The position numbers were made by a program, and so were the translations under genes. The notes under the pieces were generated by a model. That model was not told where the DNA came from. It searched no databases and saw only the letters and a program-made list of their open reading frames with translations. Source: Paraspadella gotoi (Eukaryota > Animalia > Chaetognatha). Taken from it: a stretch of DNA of 64,000 nucleotides. Position 1 is the stretch's first letter; each line of letters begins with the position of its first letter. The stretch lies in NCBI GenBank assembly GCA_051294375.1, contig CM119264.1:28239181-28303180 (forward strand). Reading direction: 5' to 3'. Shown one piece after another: positions 38,601-52,700 of this stretch.

Positions 38601-40932
38601 TAGCGGCTTATCCAGTCATAACTTTTACTATTTCGATCTTTTCCGATTCCCCTTAGGCGACTCCCGTCACGTCCTCCTCCCGAACTTCCGTTTTGGCCAA
38701 CCTGGGCGGTGGCGCGGGCCACGCCATCGTGGAGCCTCGCTCCTCTGTCGTGTCGACGGTTCTTAGCGGCATCCAGTCGCTTAACAACAAAATGACCGCC
38801 ATGACGCAAATCTCTCCCTCTCTCGCCCAGGTTTGTTTTTCGTCGATGGCGGGTTATCTTTTAGATTTTCTGGTCATGATGTTTGTTATTGATCGTCATC
38901 TTAAATTACGATGCAGATATTTATATTATATCGGCTGAACAATTAAAACATTTGTCGTTTAAAGGATATTTTTAACTTTCGCAACTCTGTTAATTCTTGT
39001 ATCCCCAACTATTCCAGTATTACAAGGAGGACCTGATCGCGCACATCATGGGCTGGCAGGCGGACCAAGTTGAGCGCCAGGCCAACCTCATCGCCGCCGA
39101 AGCCCTCAACATCGGCGCTCTCAATTGCACTCGCGTCTCGGCCGATCTCAAGGCTGCCCGCAGTTTGGTGCGAGTCCACGACATTCTGTCGACCCTCCAG
39201 GAGCAAAGGTCAGTCTCGAGAAACCCGTCTTGACTTTTTTCTGTTTTGTGTCTCATTTTTTGTTATTATTAAATACCCCCCCCATTTCCTTGCCCGTCTT
39301 TCCTCCCCCCCCTTTTTTTTTCAGACTGAAAGTTGTCAAAGCGTGGATGAAAGATTTAGACTACCTCCCTCACGTGGCGGGCATCGCCTTTAACCCGCCC
39401 TCCTCCTCTCCCATGTCCACGTCGAACGGCCTTTCCTCCTCCCACGCCGCTCCGCTTACCAACGGCCTCGCGCCCTTCGTTCCTCCGCCCTCGTCTACCG
39501 GCGTGGGGTGGGGCACGCCCTCATCGCTTCCGCCCATTCCGTCTCCATCTCTGTATCAGCCTCCACCTTCTACCCCGACCTCCATCCCTATCGACCCATT
39601 CGCCCCCGCCCTTACCTCGCCTTTTACCTCGCCCGTCTCCAAGCGGGAAAACATTCCAACGACTAACGTAGCCTCTGCGCTTTCGGCCAAGCAGGAGACG
39701 TCCCCTCCCTCGACGCCGTCAATCAAACGAGAGCCGACGCGTAGGACGGAAGACGCTCAAGCGGCGCCGAACTCCATCCCGCGCCGCGACGTCAAACCGG
39801 CAACGATCAAGGCGCCGCCGCCCGGCGAAGGCACCGCTCAGACCTATGCGGCCTTCAACGGCGACGCCGCCACCACCACCAAGCGAGCGGCGAAGACGGA
39901 ACCGAATTCCGGCGGCGCCGGCGCGGATCACGAAACCCCGGCGTCGAAAAAGTCTAAACTCAACAACGGCGCCTTGAAGATCGACGGGAGGGAGAGAGAC
40001 TCTGAACCGCGGTTACGTCTCGACGGAGATTCGGACAGAAAACTCGCGACTAAAAGTCTCGACGAAATCGTTTGTCGAAACGATTGCAGAACTCTCGAAC
40101 GACGCGGTGAGTCTTTCGAATCGGTAGCTTAGTTGATTTAACGGGCATTTATTGAAAAATAATTGTTTTAGTAGTCTGAGCTTCTGAACAGGCACTATGT
40201 TACATACTTGCGAGTTAAGCGCCCCGTCCCAATTAAATTGGGTGGATGCCACCGAGCTAAAAACCCGGACCATTTGATTGACGAATGACTACTGACTAGC
40301 TTTTGAATCCAATGATGCTGTGAGCGGTTGAATAGTTAAAATTATTAAAAATCGTAATCAATGATGAACTTTTGTTTCGAATTTCATTCGCCTTTTTGTC
40401 GCTGGTTTTTGTATTTTATTTTTAAACCGCAGAGTATACCATTTACCACCTACCATAGTTGCTAGTATTGTTCTTTTGTAACACTAATGGTGTATTTAAT
40501 ATATAATATCTAAGTATTTTTTTTCTTCTCCAGGCGAAAGCCGCATCTCTTCATCTGATGACTCCAGCCTCGACGCGGATGAGAGTGCTGCCCCGTTATG
40601 CAGCGTCATTCCCGCCGCGTCGCACACCTCCGCCTCTTTCAAGGACAGCAACGCCCTCGTCCACGCCCACAACGGACCGATCGACGGCAACGCCACCTCT
40701 AGGATCGTCGATGAAAGGTTGGAACCGTGACTTGGCTTTCCTCAGCGAATTTTTGAAGTTGGTTTTTCGAAGAACGTGCTTAAAATTTAAACCTGTAGGA
40801 TTACTGTACATTATTCAAGATAAATGTTTTAAATAAGTTTCAGCAGCATTTATCTTATGGCGCCATTTTGTTTATCTTTGTTCGTTTGACAGAATTTCCA
40901 CTTCACCGTCAACGACTGTCGTCGCCACATGA
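29680..40932 (+). CDS. WAC: WW domain-containing adapter with coiled-coil
   Basis: Exons 29680-29717 ([13 protein letters not shown]), 29790-29820 (PYQ), 31505-31686, 32403-32629, 32710-32838, 33104-33361 (WW: [30 protein letters not shown]), 33629-33667, 34682-~34966, 36450-36629, 36998-37220, 37578-38190, 38657-38830, 39018-39208 ([26 protein letters not shown]), 39325-40106, 40534-40717 (or unspliced stop at 40730), 40893-40932. Confidence 0.93.
33766..34160. mobile_element. MITE with telomere-like internal arms
   Basis: Perfect 17-bp TIR GGGTTAATTTTACTTTC / GAAAGTAAAATTAACCC (33766, 34020) plus a third terminus near 34156. Degenerate TTAGGG/CCCTAA arms; related element at ~32030-32235. 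Confidence 0.65.
34220..34454. repeat. Five 47-bp tandem units inside a SINE copy
   Basis: TTTGATWAAGCTGTAGCACAATGCTRCAGGCAGATTAACCGGTCCGT x5; the flanks match the 16.5-kb SINE. Confidence 0.9.
35537..36319. mobile_element. Tc1/mariner-like non-autonomous element in a WAC intron
   Basis: TA|CAGGAAGTTCCAGCCCTTTTCGGAAAA ... TTTTCCGAATAGTGTTGGACCTCCCGG|TA. Subterminal IR at 35661-35671/36204-36215; TIR related to 61314-63122. Confidence 0.65.
38332..38612 (+). mobile_element. Repeat with upstream TATA and tRNA-like head (SINE-like)
   Basis: TATAA at 38365, A box TGGCTCATTGAG at 38396, CTCATGA loop, B box GGTTCAATCCC at 38440. An internally deleted homolog lies at ~35190-35362. Confidence 0.6.
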
Positions 40933-43900
40933 CTTAGGGAGCAGAAATTGTCTCTATTCGCCAAAACAATCTGATTAATACTGGAAACGACTTTCGCCGC
41001 TCACACTTCGTTACAACAGAGAGTTTCCTAAATCTTTGTGTCGTTGCCATAAATTTAGTTCTTTTATGATTTTCCTTTACTAGTCTTTGTTAAGACCTTA
41101 TGAAATTTAAAAACTGTGGGCGAAACTAATGAGCTGAATGCGGTTGAAAAAATTGAAAAAAAAAATTTTATTGTGCAATTTTTATCTTTAGTGGGACACA
41201 TAAATTAGTTTGACAATTTGTTTAGTCATAAGTATTGCTTTTACCCTATTTTTGGTTTTACTACAGCGAGTACAAGTTGAAAATATTTTATTTCTTTGGT
41301 TCTCTCTGCATCAAGGTTAAGTTAACCTGAAAATGCCATGCTCCCCTGTTACAAGGTAACCTGGAATATTTCATTAATAAATCTATATTTCTGTCATGCA
41401 AGAAGATGGGTCTCGGTCCCGTTAAAATAAAAACAAAAATAGTGGGTGTGAAATAATTTATTAGCTAATTGGTTTTTTTATTGTTCACTGTTGCTTCAAC
41501 CCATCTCGGCAAAGTCGTCATTCAAAGAGTCACAGAATTTTTTTTTTTTTTTTTTATAAAATTTTAAAAATTTATAACTGAAAACTCTATGAATGTTTCG
41601 TCTTAAGTTTTTAAAATTCATTTTGCTTTTAACTAATTTTAATGAATCACACACGAGCGATGCGTTGTTTTTCCAACTTGTCAGAAAGTTTCAGCTTAAT
41701 TTCTCGACTTATTTTTCCTGAAATAAATCGTTGATTTGTTACTGTTAACAACAGTTTTATTATTTATTTTCCCAGAATTTACTTTTTCTCGAATCGCTTT
41801 CAGCTAGAAAACCTCCGAAAGCGTCACGTAATATATCTCAGAATAAGAATTACAGTCCACGTTTCAAAGATTTTTTTCCCCCGAATTTACAGGGACTTTT
41901 TATTTCTTTCTTTTTTCTTCTTTTTCTTCCCCCCATTTTTTTTCCTCTCCTCTTCCTCTTCCTCTCCTCTTCCTCTTCCTCTCGTCTTTCGTCTCGCATG
42001 GGTATCTCCCCCATCCAAGCCTACGATTCGTGCGCGCGCGGGCCAACCGGAGCGGCGTGCCGTCCTCGTTCCACGCGCGCGTGTTTATCTTCGTCGCGAG
42101 TTCGAACCCGTTTGATTTTTGTTTCCCCGGGATTTCGACGCGGGGGAGAAAAAGTAAACTTCGCTCGTCAACTAACGAGGAATGTTCGAACGACGGGATC
42201 GTATCATCGCTATCGGCTCCGAAAATTCTTCGCGTCTTTCACGTTAATTTTAATCAAATTTTGTTTCGAATACAATTTCGCTTAATTTTTATTTCCTCCA
42301 CCGCAAACGGATTACGTTCGCCGTGAATATTTTTCAAGTTTTCAGAACGTGCGCAAAAAATAAGTCTCTCACTGACCGTCCCTAGTGTAAAGATTTCACT
42401 GAAAAGATGCGCTATTTCACCGGTTCACCCATCCTCGCTATTTCGAAACACCTTTTACTCCGTGGGAGACAAATTGTCACAAATGGTCGGGATAGCAGCC
42501 CTTGCCCTTTCCTGCGTTCTTCTGAACGTCAATACTCGTGTGAGCGTAACATCCATTTCCTGTTGGCACGCCCGACGTTCCCCGGGCTTTGAAGAGAGAC
42601 GAGTCGTCTGATTCGTCGCCGATCCGTCCTTGCGTCGTCATTGCCAGTGTTCTCAAACGCGCGATGAGACTCGGAGTATCGACTTCCCTAGACCTTTCAT
42701 ACTTTGCCATTGGGCGTTTCTTTCTATCTTGAAGCCGATTGGTCCATCTTCTAACCCACACGATGCTGATTGGTCGAAGGGATCGATACTGGGACGTCGT
42801 TCTTGGTCCGTTAGATGCCATTCTGTTTTCTGGGAGGGGAGAAGGAAGAGATAGAGTGGGAAACTGCTCAAGAAATAGCGAAGGGAAAGGATTGTAAAGG
42901 GTCAGGTTTTGGTTTGGTGAGGTCGTTCGCGCAGGTGAAAAAGGCTACGTCTTCCTAAGTTAGCGAGGCTTATAAGGAACGAGGTCAAGGTGACCTAAGA
43001 TGGAATTATTTTTCACAAGGAATCAGCTGAGGAGCTTTTTCATATCATAAATGTATAAATGTAAAATGGATAATTTTTCAAAATGTATTTCGATTGTGTT
43101 TATGTAGGTATTGATTAAGTTGACGGCATCAATAATTCATTATCATCGCATCAATCATTCTTTTTTTTTTGGATAATTATTGAACGATGGATCATTATGC
43201 TTTTAAGATTTTGTTATTAATTTTATGAATTTTTTATTTTTTTATTTCTGAAATAAAAGAGACAATTTGACAGTTAAGACGATAAAAAGATATAACGATT
43301 TGAAACAATTTGACATTCAAACAATAAATGAGTATTGAGCAAGACTAATTGCACTAATTTTATGAAAGTTGCAAAATTACTTGTTTCATTATCTTTATTT
43401 TTTATTTGATATTAACGTCTGACGAGGTCACAATACTTCCACGATTTTTAATATGTTAATCACCCACATCTTCTCCCTCGATCTGCCGACCATGTCAGAT
43501 GTCTTCTCTTTCATCTGTAACCTCGATCTCTTCCTCATCTGCTCACCGTCGTCTCATTTCAACTCGAGTCCGTCGCGAACTCGTGACTCTGGGGATTCGG
43601 CGAAGCTGTTTCCTTCTTTCGTGACACGAATTCTAAGGAAGGCCTCGTCTTTTTATCACTCTTTCTTTCTCTCGAAGAGAGAGAGAGAGAGAGATACAAA
43701 ATAAACAAGAATTCCCTCAGCTAATTTCAAGTTTACCGTCACACTCAATTACATTTCTTTTTCCATTGCCGCCTCCTATCTTTACTCAGTGTCAGAACAG
43801 AAAAGACAATTTATCAATTGGAAAAAAGGTAGACGTGGATTCATCGTCTTCATGATCTCTCTCTCTCTCTCTCTCTCACCTCCCTATTTTCCCCAATTGA

Positions 43901-44740
43901 TTTCACTTGATGTTGATCTAAATTTTCCCATATTCTTTTTCTCCTCCGATTTTTACTCGTCGCAACGTGAATTTCGCCAAAGCGTGAATTCACTAAGTCG
44001 AGCCATCTCGCTCGCCTTCAAGTTTTTGTGTCGCTTTCAACAAAACACGACCTCCATTAAACTCTGGAGTCGAGATAAAAGAACTGCGACGTGACGTGGA
44101 TTTGTACTTAAGCTTTTCAGAAAAAGGGGGGGAAAAAAGAGACAGAGTGAAAAGAATGGAGAAGGAGATGCCTGAGAGACGGGAAGGGGAAAGTACGAGA
44201 GAGTAAGAAAAAATGGAACTGCCAGTCTCGTTGCGCGAACTCAAAGCTTGAATTGCGTCGCTAAACAAGAAAAAAAAAGTGTCAGATTAGCTTGTTTTTT
44301 TGACGTCGGTCCTTTAGGACGGTTTTTTCTTTTTTTATACTCCCTCTCTCTCTCTCTCTCTCTTTATCATTTCCAGTCTCTCTCTCCGCTTTTTCCTCAT
44401 TTGTGAATCATTTTGTTCACTTTCCTCATTTGTGAATCATTTTGTTCACTTTCCTACTCGGGGCTTTTCTTCGGTCGGCTGAGTTGCGGTCGAGAGGAGA
44501 GGATGTGACAGGACGGGGTCTCTTTCCGTTTCTCTCGCCGTACCTGGGGTCGCGCCCATTTTGATAATAAACCTTTATTAAGTTTATAGTGAAGAAAATT
44601 ACTACTACTAGGATTCAAAAAATGAAATAAAGGATAAAGTTAAAACCGGCGTACAAATTTGTCAAGGTTAGAACGTTTTCTTCGCCCAACGGCCAACGCG
44701 ATAACTCGTTCTATAAAAAGACAATTCCATTATCACGTCC

Positions 44741-44786
<46 letters not shown>

Positions 44787-44801
44787 GGCGACGGCGGCGG
44801 C
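44741..44801. repeat. (GGC)n trinucleotide tract
   Basis: Direct reading. Confidence 0.95.
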
Positions 44802-46645
44802 GCGGCACGGCAGCCCGTTACCAATCATGGAGGATTTAATGTCATTAGTCGTCGCTGGGAAGATGACGGTTTTCTTCGCCCAGCTCTGGTGGTCGTTATT
44901 TGATTAAGAAAACACTATTTGATTCTAGCCTTAAAGTTTAGCCTATGCGTCTCTGTATATGGCCACTTCCTTATTTCAGGCCTCAAATGTCTCTTATAGC
45001 GCAGAAGATAAAATTTAAAAGCGTATTCGTTGTAACTTTAACAAATAGCAACACGGAAAAATCCACGGGGGATATGTTAAAAACAGGAAATATGTTGACA
45101 TTTTGACTGAATCTATGCGTTACTTCATTGAAACAAATTTTATTTTCAACTTTGCAATTTAGATTATACAGTAAGCATCAATTGTATTGTTTTTGAATGA
45201 AAAAGAGAGAGATAGAGATAGCTTTTAATTTATCCGGTTATTTTTTAAATGTTGGTAAAAAAACATAATTAAATAAAAGGAAATAAAAGAATTAGACTTC
45301 TACCAAATATACTTTGTCTTTGCTTTTCGGTCCTTTATTTCGATTGCCTCTTGTTTAACTGAATCCAAATTTCGTGTCCTTGATTCCCTTGAGTATAATT
45401 TCGGACTAATAACTCGAGGTGGCAGCTGCTGTTCACCCATATTTAAAACCTCGAACTTCTTTTTTGAACTTAATTGAGGGCACGTTCCTTGAAATTAGCC
45501 CCATCCGGTCTTTACAGATACAGATGCACTTACTTAAAGGTACAAGATAGAGAATTTCCAATAAAATGATTTTTAAAAAAAGGGTTAAAACTTAAATAAA
45601 TCAATGGATCATTAAAATTCAAATGATTATATCATAACCATTACGATTTGGAGAGATTAAATCCAACAAAAGGCTAACGAATAATTTTCTATTTTCATAT
45701 AATTTCTCCATTTCCCGACGTCGTTCAAAATACGGGCGACGATCAAAGCATTTTTTTTTTCATTCTCTCTAGAGAAGCTATATCAAGACTCACTGGAGAC
45801 AAAAGGTAATGTTTGTAAACAAACCGCTTACCGACGAAGTTCCATTTCCCCCTTTTCCCTCTAAACTACTTCTCGCGCCGTGTAGTAAACAAGACTAAAA
45901 CGGCCGCAAGCTCACGTGAACGCTAAATGTTAGATAATGTGTTTTTGAGGCGGAATGAAAATTGGGGAGAAATACTGGGAAGGCATCGAGAATTACGTGA
46001 GTGGAATCCCATCGCGGCGCCGCGAGACAACAAGGCCTCCTCCCCCCTCCTCCCACTTTCCATCGCGGCGCCATTATCGCTTCCTAACTTCTCCCGCAAA
46101 TTGTTCAAAACAGCAGCGTCTTCTCCGTATGACGGCTGCGGCGGCGGCGGCGCATCTGGAGAACGTTAACCGAGTTTCTCCTAATCTTTCCGGACTGGAG
46201 TGACACGCCCACCCGGCGTTCCCGGTGAACTCTCTCTTTTTTCTCTAAGTTTCTTTACTTGTTTTTTTTCTTTTCTCTTTTCTTCTTTTTTTTCATTTTT
46301 TTCTCTCACCGAGTTGTTTCCTTTTTCTTCCTTCATCACTCACCTTAACTTTCCTTTGTCCTTCCTTTTCCGCCCACGCAAGTAATTTCTCCTAATCGCT
46401 TCTGGTTCTCTCCTTTCATTCCCCACCCAACCTACCTGTTCCCCACCCCATTTTCCTATTCCTTACCTTACACACCCCATCTCTCCCCTTACCCTTGATG
46501 ACCAAAAGCTAATCCCCGCTCGACCTACTTTTCTCTCTCTACTAGATTCGTTTCCTTGATTAGCTTATGCTTTGCTATTTGTGGTTTCTCCTTCGAAAGG
46601 AATCTTCGTCGATTCGGGATCCTGGATTAAGGTAGGTTGAGATAC

Positions 46646-46756
<111 letters not shown>

Positions 46757-48111
46757 TAGAAAGGCTCAACATTGTCTTTTCGGCAGAGAATTGTGAGGAA
46801 AAAGTAAAAGGCGCTTAATAATATAATATATATAACATATAATATACAGTAAAGCTCATTACAAAATTACATCTCATGCTTGCAAACTCCTTTTTGTCAA
46901 AGTTGCTATGGAACTAAGTGGCTGACAGGCACTGGGGCAACCCCAAACTGTCCGCTAACTTAAACTGCGGAATATCTCGCTCAGGTTTTTCAATGCCTCA
47001 CACTCACAGAGTAAATTTAATCCCTGATAAAAAAAAAAATTGTACGAGCGAGTTAAAGAAACTTTTAATCCAAGAAAAAAAGGAGACGAAACGATGCGAG
47101 AGTTAAATATTTCATTGAGTCGAAACTAGATTCGAATTTGTGGGAGAATATAAGAAAATAAAATAAGTAAAAATATACATGGACTTCCACTGGAGTGATA
47201 CGAAAGAACTTATAATTAATTATAATCGAAAAAGAGCGATTGAGTTGTAAAATTTGACCTTTGACCTTTGACCTTTGACCAGAACGCCCGAATTTATGTG
47301 AATTTCGGAGTTAGGTTAATTTTTTAAGTTTTAGGTTAGGGTTATGGATTAGGTTAAGAATAAGATTAATTATGAAGGTTAAGGATTTGGTTTGTGATTA
47401 AGATTAGGGATTTAGGTAAGGGATTAATATTTAGGGTTAGAGATTAGGGTTAAGGGATTAGGGTTAGGGATTAAGTCAAATATTAAGGCTAAAATTAAAT
47501 TCTGGGAAAAACAGAAAAGAGTGCCCCTTTTTAAAAAGTTTTTATTTAGATAATAAGTTTCTAAAGAAGCAGAATTTTTATTTTCAAAGGAGACCTTACT
47601 TAAAGTATTAAAGAAAATATATTTTTTATATTATGAATAGCAATGAATCTAAAATTTTTTTTAATACTGACATTTAGTGTAAAAAAATTGTGATTATTTT
47701 ATCAGAGAGTCAGGGTCAGGGTCAAAAATATACGGTTGAAATTTTGAGAGCTGTTAAGCGATTTGAATATTTTTTAAGCCAATATAAACTTCAAATAGTT
47801 TTCTAGGTTATAAAAATCATATGCATTTAAATTATTGCAAGATTAATCAAATCTTTTTGTATCACTAATAATATTTGTTTCACTCAACACTAATAATTTT
47901 TGTATCACTAATCACTAATAATTTTTGTATCACTAATTTTAATAATTTTAATATTTTTTATAATTTTAATCTGGTACTGATGCTTTTCTGTTTTTGTCTA
48001 TGAGTTTTAATAATCATTTTACAAATCTTATAATTTTAATCCGGCACTGATGCTTTTGTTTGCTGATGAGTTTTTAAAAATTCGTCAATGGCCTAGTGAA
48101 AACGTTAATGA

Positions 48112-48579
48112 TAACTATACAATCGAAAATTTTAACCACACTGTGAAGTTTCTAGTACAACTTTTAGTGCTTTAACTGATTATCACAGTTTTTTGTAATA
48201 CATCTGTGAGATAACAATGAATAACCATAAGCAGCCATAGTTAATCCAAAACGTGAAAATATTGATAATTGAGCACTATTTCCGGTTTGGGACACGCCCA
48301 CTATATGAGTAAATCTTTTTTTCTCCTTTTTTTAAATAAAACTTTTTAAATAATTGGTTGAAAAAATATACTGATAATTAATTGCTTTTAAAATAACAAT
48401 TACTTGAATTTTAAGTAATGGCAAGGAAAAAAACTTGTTTTATAGTAAAATTGAACTTCCGGTCAAGTGTGCGCGTCTAAAACGCGATATCTGATTAACG
48501 ACACTGTGATAATCAGTTAAAGACTAAAAGTTGTACTAGAAACTTCACAGTGTGGTTAAAATTTTCGGTTGTATGGTTA
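48112..48579. mobile_element. MITE with ~78-bp TIRs
   Basis: 48112-48189 is the near-perfect reverse complement of 48503-48579. Confidence 0.85.
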
Positions 48580-49743
48580 AAAAAAACACATTAATTATTT
48601 ACTCCTGATTTTCATTGGCATACTTAATACTTTTCCATTTTACAGTGTCCGAGATTGATTCCTAATTATTAAATTTTATTGATTTATCGTTTTATTTTTA
48701 GTGCTATTAGTCTTACTCAATGCTTTTTTATCGTTTTAAGCGTTAAATTGTTTGTTGTTCTATTTCAGAAAAAAAATTGTATCACTACAGATTGAAATCG
48801 TTCAAGTCAGGGCACCATAAAAAAAGAAAAGCTTCATTGTTGATCGTCTTCGGTGACGAGGATCAAAGTTTGAGGGAAAACTCTTTCCAAACATCTTTTC
48901 GTCAAGAAATCACCGCGAGAAATTAAGCCCGCGACTCTGTGAGAGAGTGGTGGAGGGTTTTAGAGAATGTGGGGGGGGGAAGAGAAAGATGCGGGTAAAA
49001 GAATGCTACCCAGTGTCCAATCGTGAATAGATAATCTAATAATCTAATCCTAAACTCTAATTCCTAATCCCCAAACTGATTCCTAACTTAATCTCTAACT
49101 TTTAACCTGAAAAATTACTTAATTCTGAATTTAAACTAAAATAGGGCGCTTTTGACTTGGGGTAAGAGTGAGAGAAAGGGAGGCAGAGTAAAGGAATGCC
49201 GAATAGGAAAGTAGCGCGTGTAGAGAAAGTAGAAAGACTGAAATAATAAAGAGAGTTTAAAACAATAAAATGAGGAGGAAATAGATTACTTGTTGCTTTT
49301 CATTTACTACAGACAAAATTGCAGAAAAATATTTTTAAAGGCTTAAGAGTAAAAAAATTATTTTATAACTCATATATCGTTCGTGTAGTTGATACAATTC
49401 AATGATCAAGAGAAATATGAGTTTTAAAACAATATTTCAAATTTAATAAGAGATAAAAGCACTTAGCAGTGGTAAAATAAACCACAACATATTGACGAGA
49501 CGAAAACTTTTTGTACCTTCGTGATTTACACATTCAATAAAGATTTTGATACATTTATTGAACACTGTGGTGTTATGATATCCAAAGCTGTGATAAAGAA
49601 ACTTTCTAATTAAAAAATTTGCACATAAAACGTTGGAGATTCCTCTGGATTCTTTGCTTCCAAATAATCCATAATGTCATAATAGTTTAATTGAATTTCC
49701 TCATTTATCTCATTTGCAGCAAAAGCGATGAATTTAGTTTTGT

Positions 49744-52700
49744 TCATTTTAGGTAAATTATTAAAAATGCAGGGATCAGAAAAATCAGAGGTATAAGTAT
49801 AAGTAATATGAAAAATTTTAAAAAAATTTGTGAATTTTTAACTTTTAATTTTTCGCCTTTAACAAATAATAAAAAAATCATTGGCAAAGCTGAACAAGTA
49901 ATGACTAACAAAAAAGTCTCACTACTTGTGACAAATATGAATATATGTTGACAGAGAGTTTTCATATAAAAGAAGCGATTTTTGTTGTTAAACTTTTGTT
50001 CAAGAATATGAAAATTTAGAAATTGATTTAAACAAAACATTAAAAGCGGGATGGCACTTGTAGCTGAAGCAGCTAATACTAGATCTAAATAATATATTTT
50101 CCAATGGCTGCTCTTTTCACTAGAAAAAGTTTTTCTAAATAGAAATATAAAATAAAAACACAACGAAATGAGCCAAAAGTTTGAAAGGTATCCACAGCTT
50201 TCATAAAGCTTAAGCTTTGACTCTAAGACTACATGAATAGTTTCATTGACCCGAATACAGTTCATGCATTTCTTAACAGGCAAAGAAAGTTGACTATGTG
50301 CTCTCAATTGATAAAAACTATTAAAAGTTATGAATAAGGGGGTCAAAACCATCAAAATAAAGCGAAATATTTTAGTATACTTTTTTCTTATCAGTAAATG
50401 AGTCATTGTATAAACAAAGCCCGAAATTATATCAATTACTAAAGCAGGAATAAATTGAGAATAGGTAGGCATTAAAAATTTGTAATTTCCGATTTCAATT
50501 CTAGTTTTAAAAATCCTAGCCACTGGATCATCATTACAATATGAGAGGGGTCTAGCAGAGTTTTTAAATATCATATTAGCCCATCTTGCATCATCAATTA
50601 TTCCCAATGACCGAGTGCAATATCGTGAAAAGTTTTCATGTTTTCGACTCCAGACTGTAAACAAAAAGTAAACTGGCTTAGTGGCCTATTATTATTATTC
50701 ATCATTATTTTTTGGGTATACCTAAAACCAATAAGATTTTTTCTATATTTTTGTTTTTATTGCTTTAACCTGAACTCAACACGGCATTCATCACTGAATT
50801 CTATGAATAAAATTAAAAACACATTTTCATTATCTGGAAAGTCCTCATGAGTATTGGCTTGCACAATTAAAAAACAGTACATATTTACTTTAAATTTATT
50901 TTACTGAACAATCTATAGTATTCCAAAAACGCCCCATTTTATCTTCAATTTGATATTTTGTCTTTAGGTTTAAAATTTAACTTAAAAATAAGGGTTAAGG
51001 ATTAGGTAAGGAATTAGGTTAGGAATTAAGGTTAGGGGTTAGGGTTTAAGGTTATAAATAAAAATTAAAGTTAAGTCTTAAGAATAAAATTAAGTTCTCG
51101 GATTAGGAATCAGAAATGGGGCACCTTCAGAAAAGAGAGCCAATTACTAGATCATTAGTTAATATCAATAGCTTCAGAAAAATACAGTAAAAGATCACGA
51201 AAAGAACAAAATATTTCCTTACTTATTAATTTGGGCCTATTATCCACATTCGCAAGAGATGCCCAAACCCATACTTTTGTCTTAGGGTTCAAAGTGACCG
51301 CTAAGTGCAATGCTTATCAATTAAATAAAATTGATGTTATTCAAAAAATTTCTCACGAATCATAATTATAGGAGTTTACGTCGTTCTTAGAAATCGAGGG
51401 AAGACTTTTTCAATGGAATTTTCGTTAAAATCTGACTACCAAAAATGTCAACGCACCTGGGAAAAATTCAGGTAAAAAATAGATGTGAAAACACTCGATT
51501 CGATCCTGTTGCATCTGAAGGGCTCGCATTTTTTTTCTCTTGACAATAACCATCATTTTGACACAAACTATCAGATTCAAATGGACTGGTCCGCTCGGGA
51601 AAAATATTTTCGAACACAATTTTTATATATAAAATAAAGGGATTCTCAACTTCAATACCAATGTCAACGCATTTAACATATGTTGTGATTTTACAATAAC
51701 TTCAAATTCAGGAATCCGATAGCCATATGTCTGAAGGGCTCTCAAAATTTTTCTTTACATTTTTATATGGTTATTTGATATTGTATATATATGGGAAAGT
51801 GAATTAGTCCATTTTGGTGAAATTTTTATTTAAAGTAAAAGTAAAAGAGAGCTAACGATCGGAATTCTAAGAGTTTTCAACCGGGAGTCAGATTCCGGGA
51901 AAATCTCTATGGCGAAAATCTTCCAAAGAAGGGGTGGATTTTCCGAAGATTTGGTTATATATTTTCTATATTTATGGTAGGATTTTTTTTGATCGTAATA
52001 GTTAACAATATTGCCATCATTCTACCTTGGCCGGTATTAAAGAAATATATTAAAAAAACCTCTGGCTTTGTTCGTCAGAGCTAGTCCTATCATAAACATA
52101 AATTCTGTAGAAGAGGTTGTGGTTTTTTAACTGAAGCCAAAAGAGAAAATTTCCGTCCAAAAATAATGTCTTTTATTTCAGATATAGTGAAAATTCGGAA
52201 AACGACAGTAGGTGTGAACAATATAAAATAGATTGTTATATTTACTATTTTAGCAGAAACAATATAAAGAAAATATAAAATACCAATGATACTCTGAAGG
52301 CTTCCTATTATGATCATGACATAACTAACTTCACGGGATTTAGCGGCGGCCATAGCTAGACCAAAAACAGAACATGAAAAGGATATGATAGTTTGATGTT
52401 CTGTCATGTCCCAAACACATGTAGCAGTATAAGTTCGGAAAAAAGGGTATTGACAATAGCATTTTTTATTCGTTGCTACGAGTTCAAGATTTTTGGTTAT
52501 TTTATAAACTGGTGCTATTATCATCACCATCATAACCCATATCATGTGGAAAACACTGATTGCTTGTGCCTGATGTTAAGATAAAATGACCGCTATTAGA
52601 TTAAGGAGAGTTTGAGGAAATGATCAAGCAGCATATGAATGAGATTAAGATATTGACCAGCTGAGACTTAAATGACAAAGATGATACTTCAGGTTGGTTA

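Noticed and set aside
47310-47490. True telomere or chromosome fusion site
   Set aside because: Repeats are highly degenerate, dispersed and share TE-like flanks.
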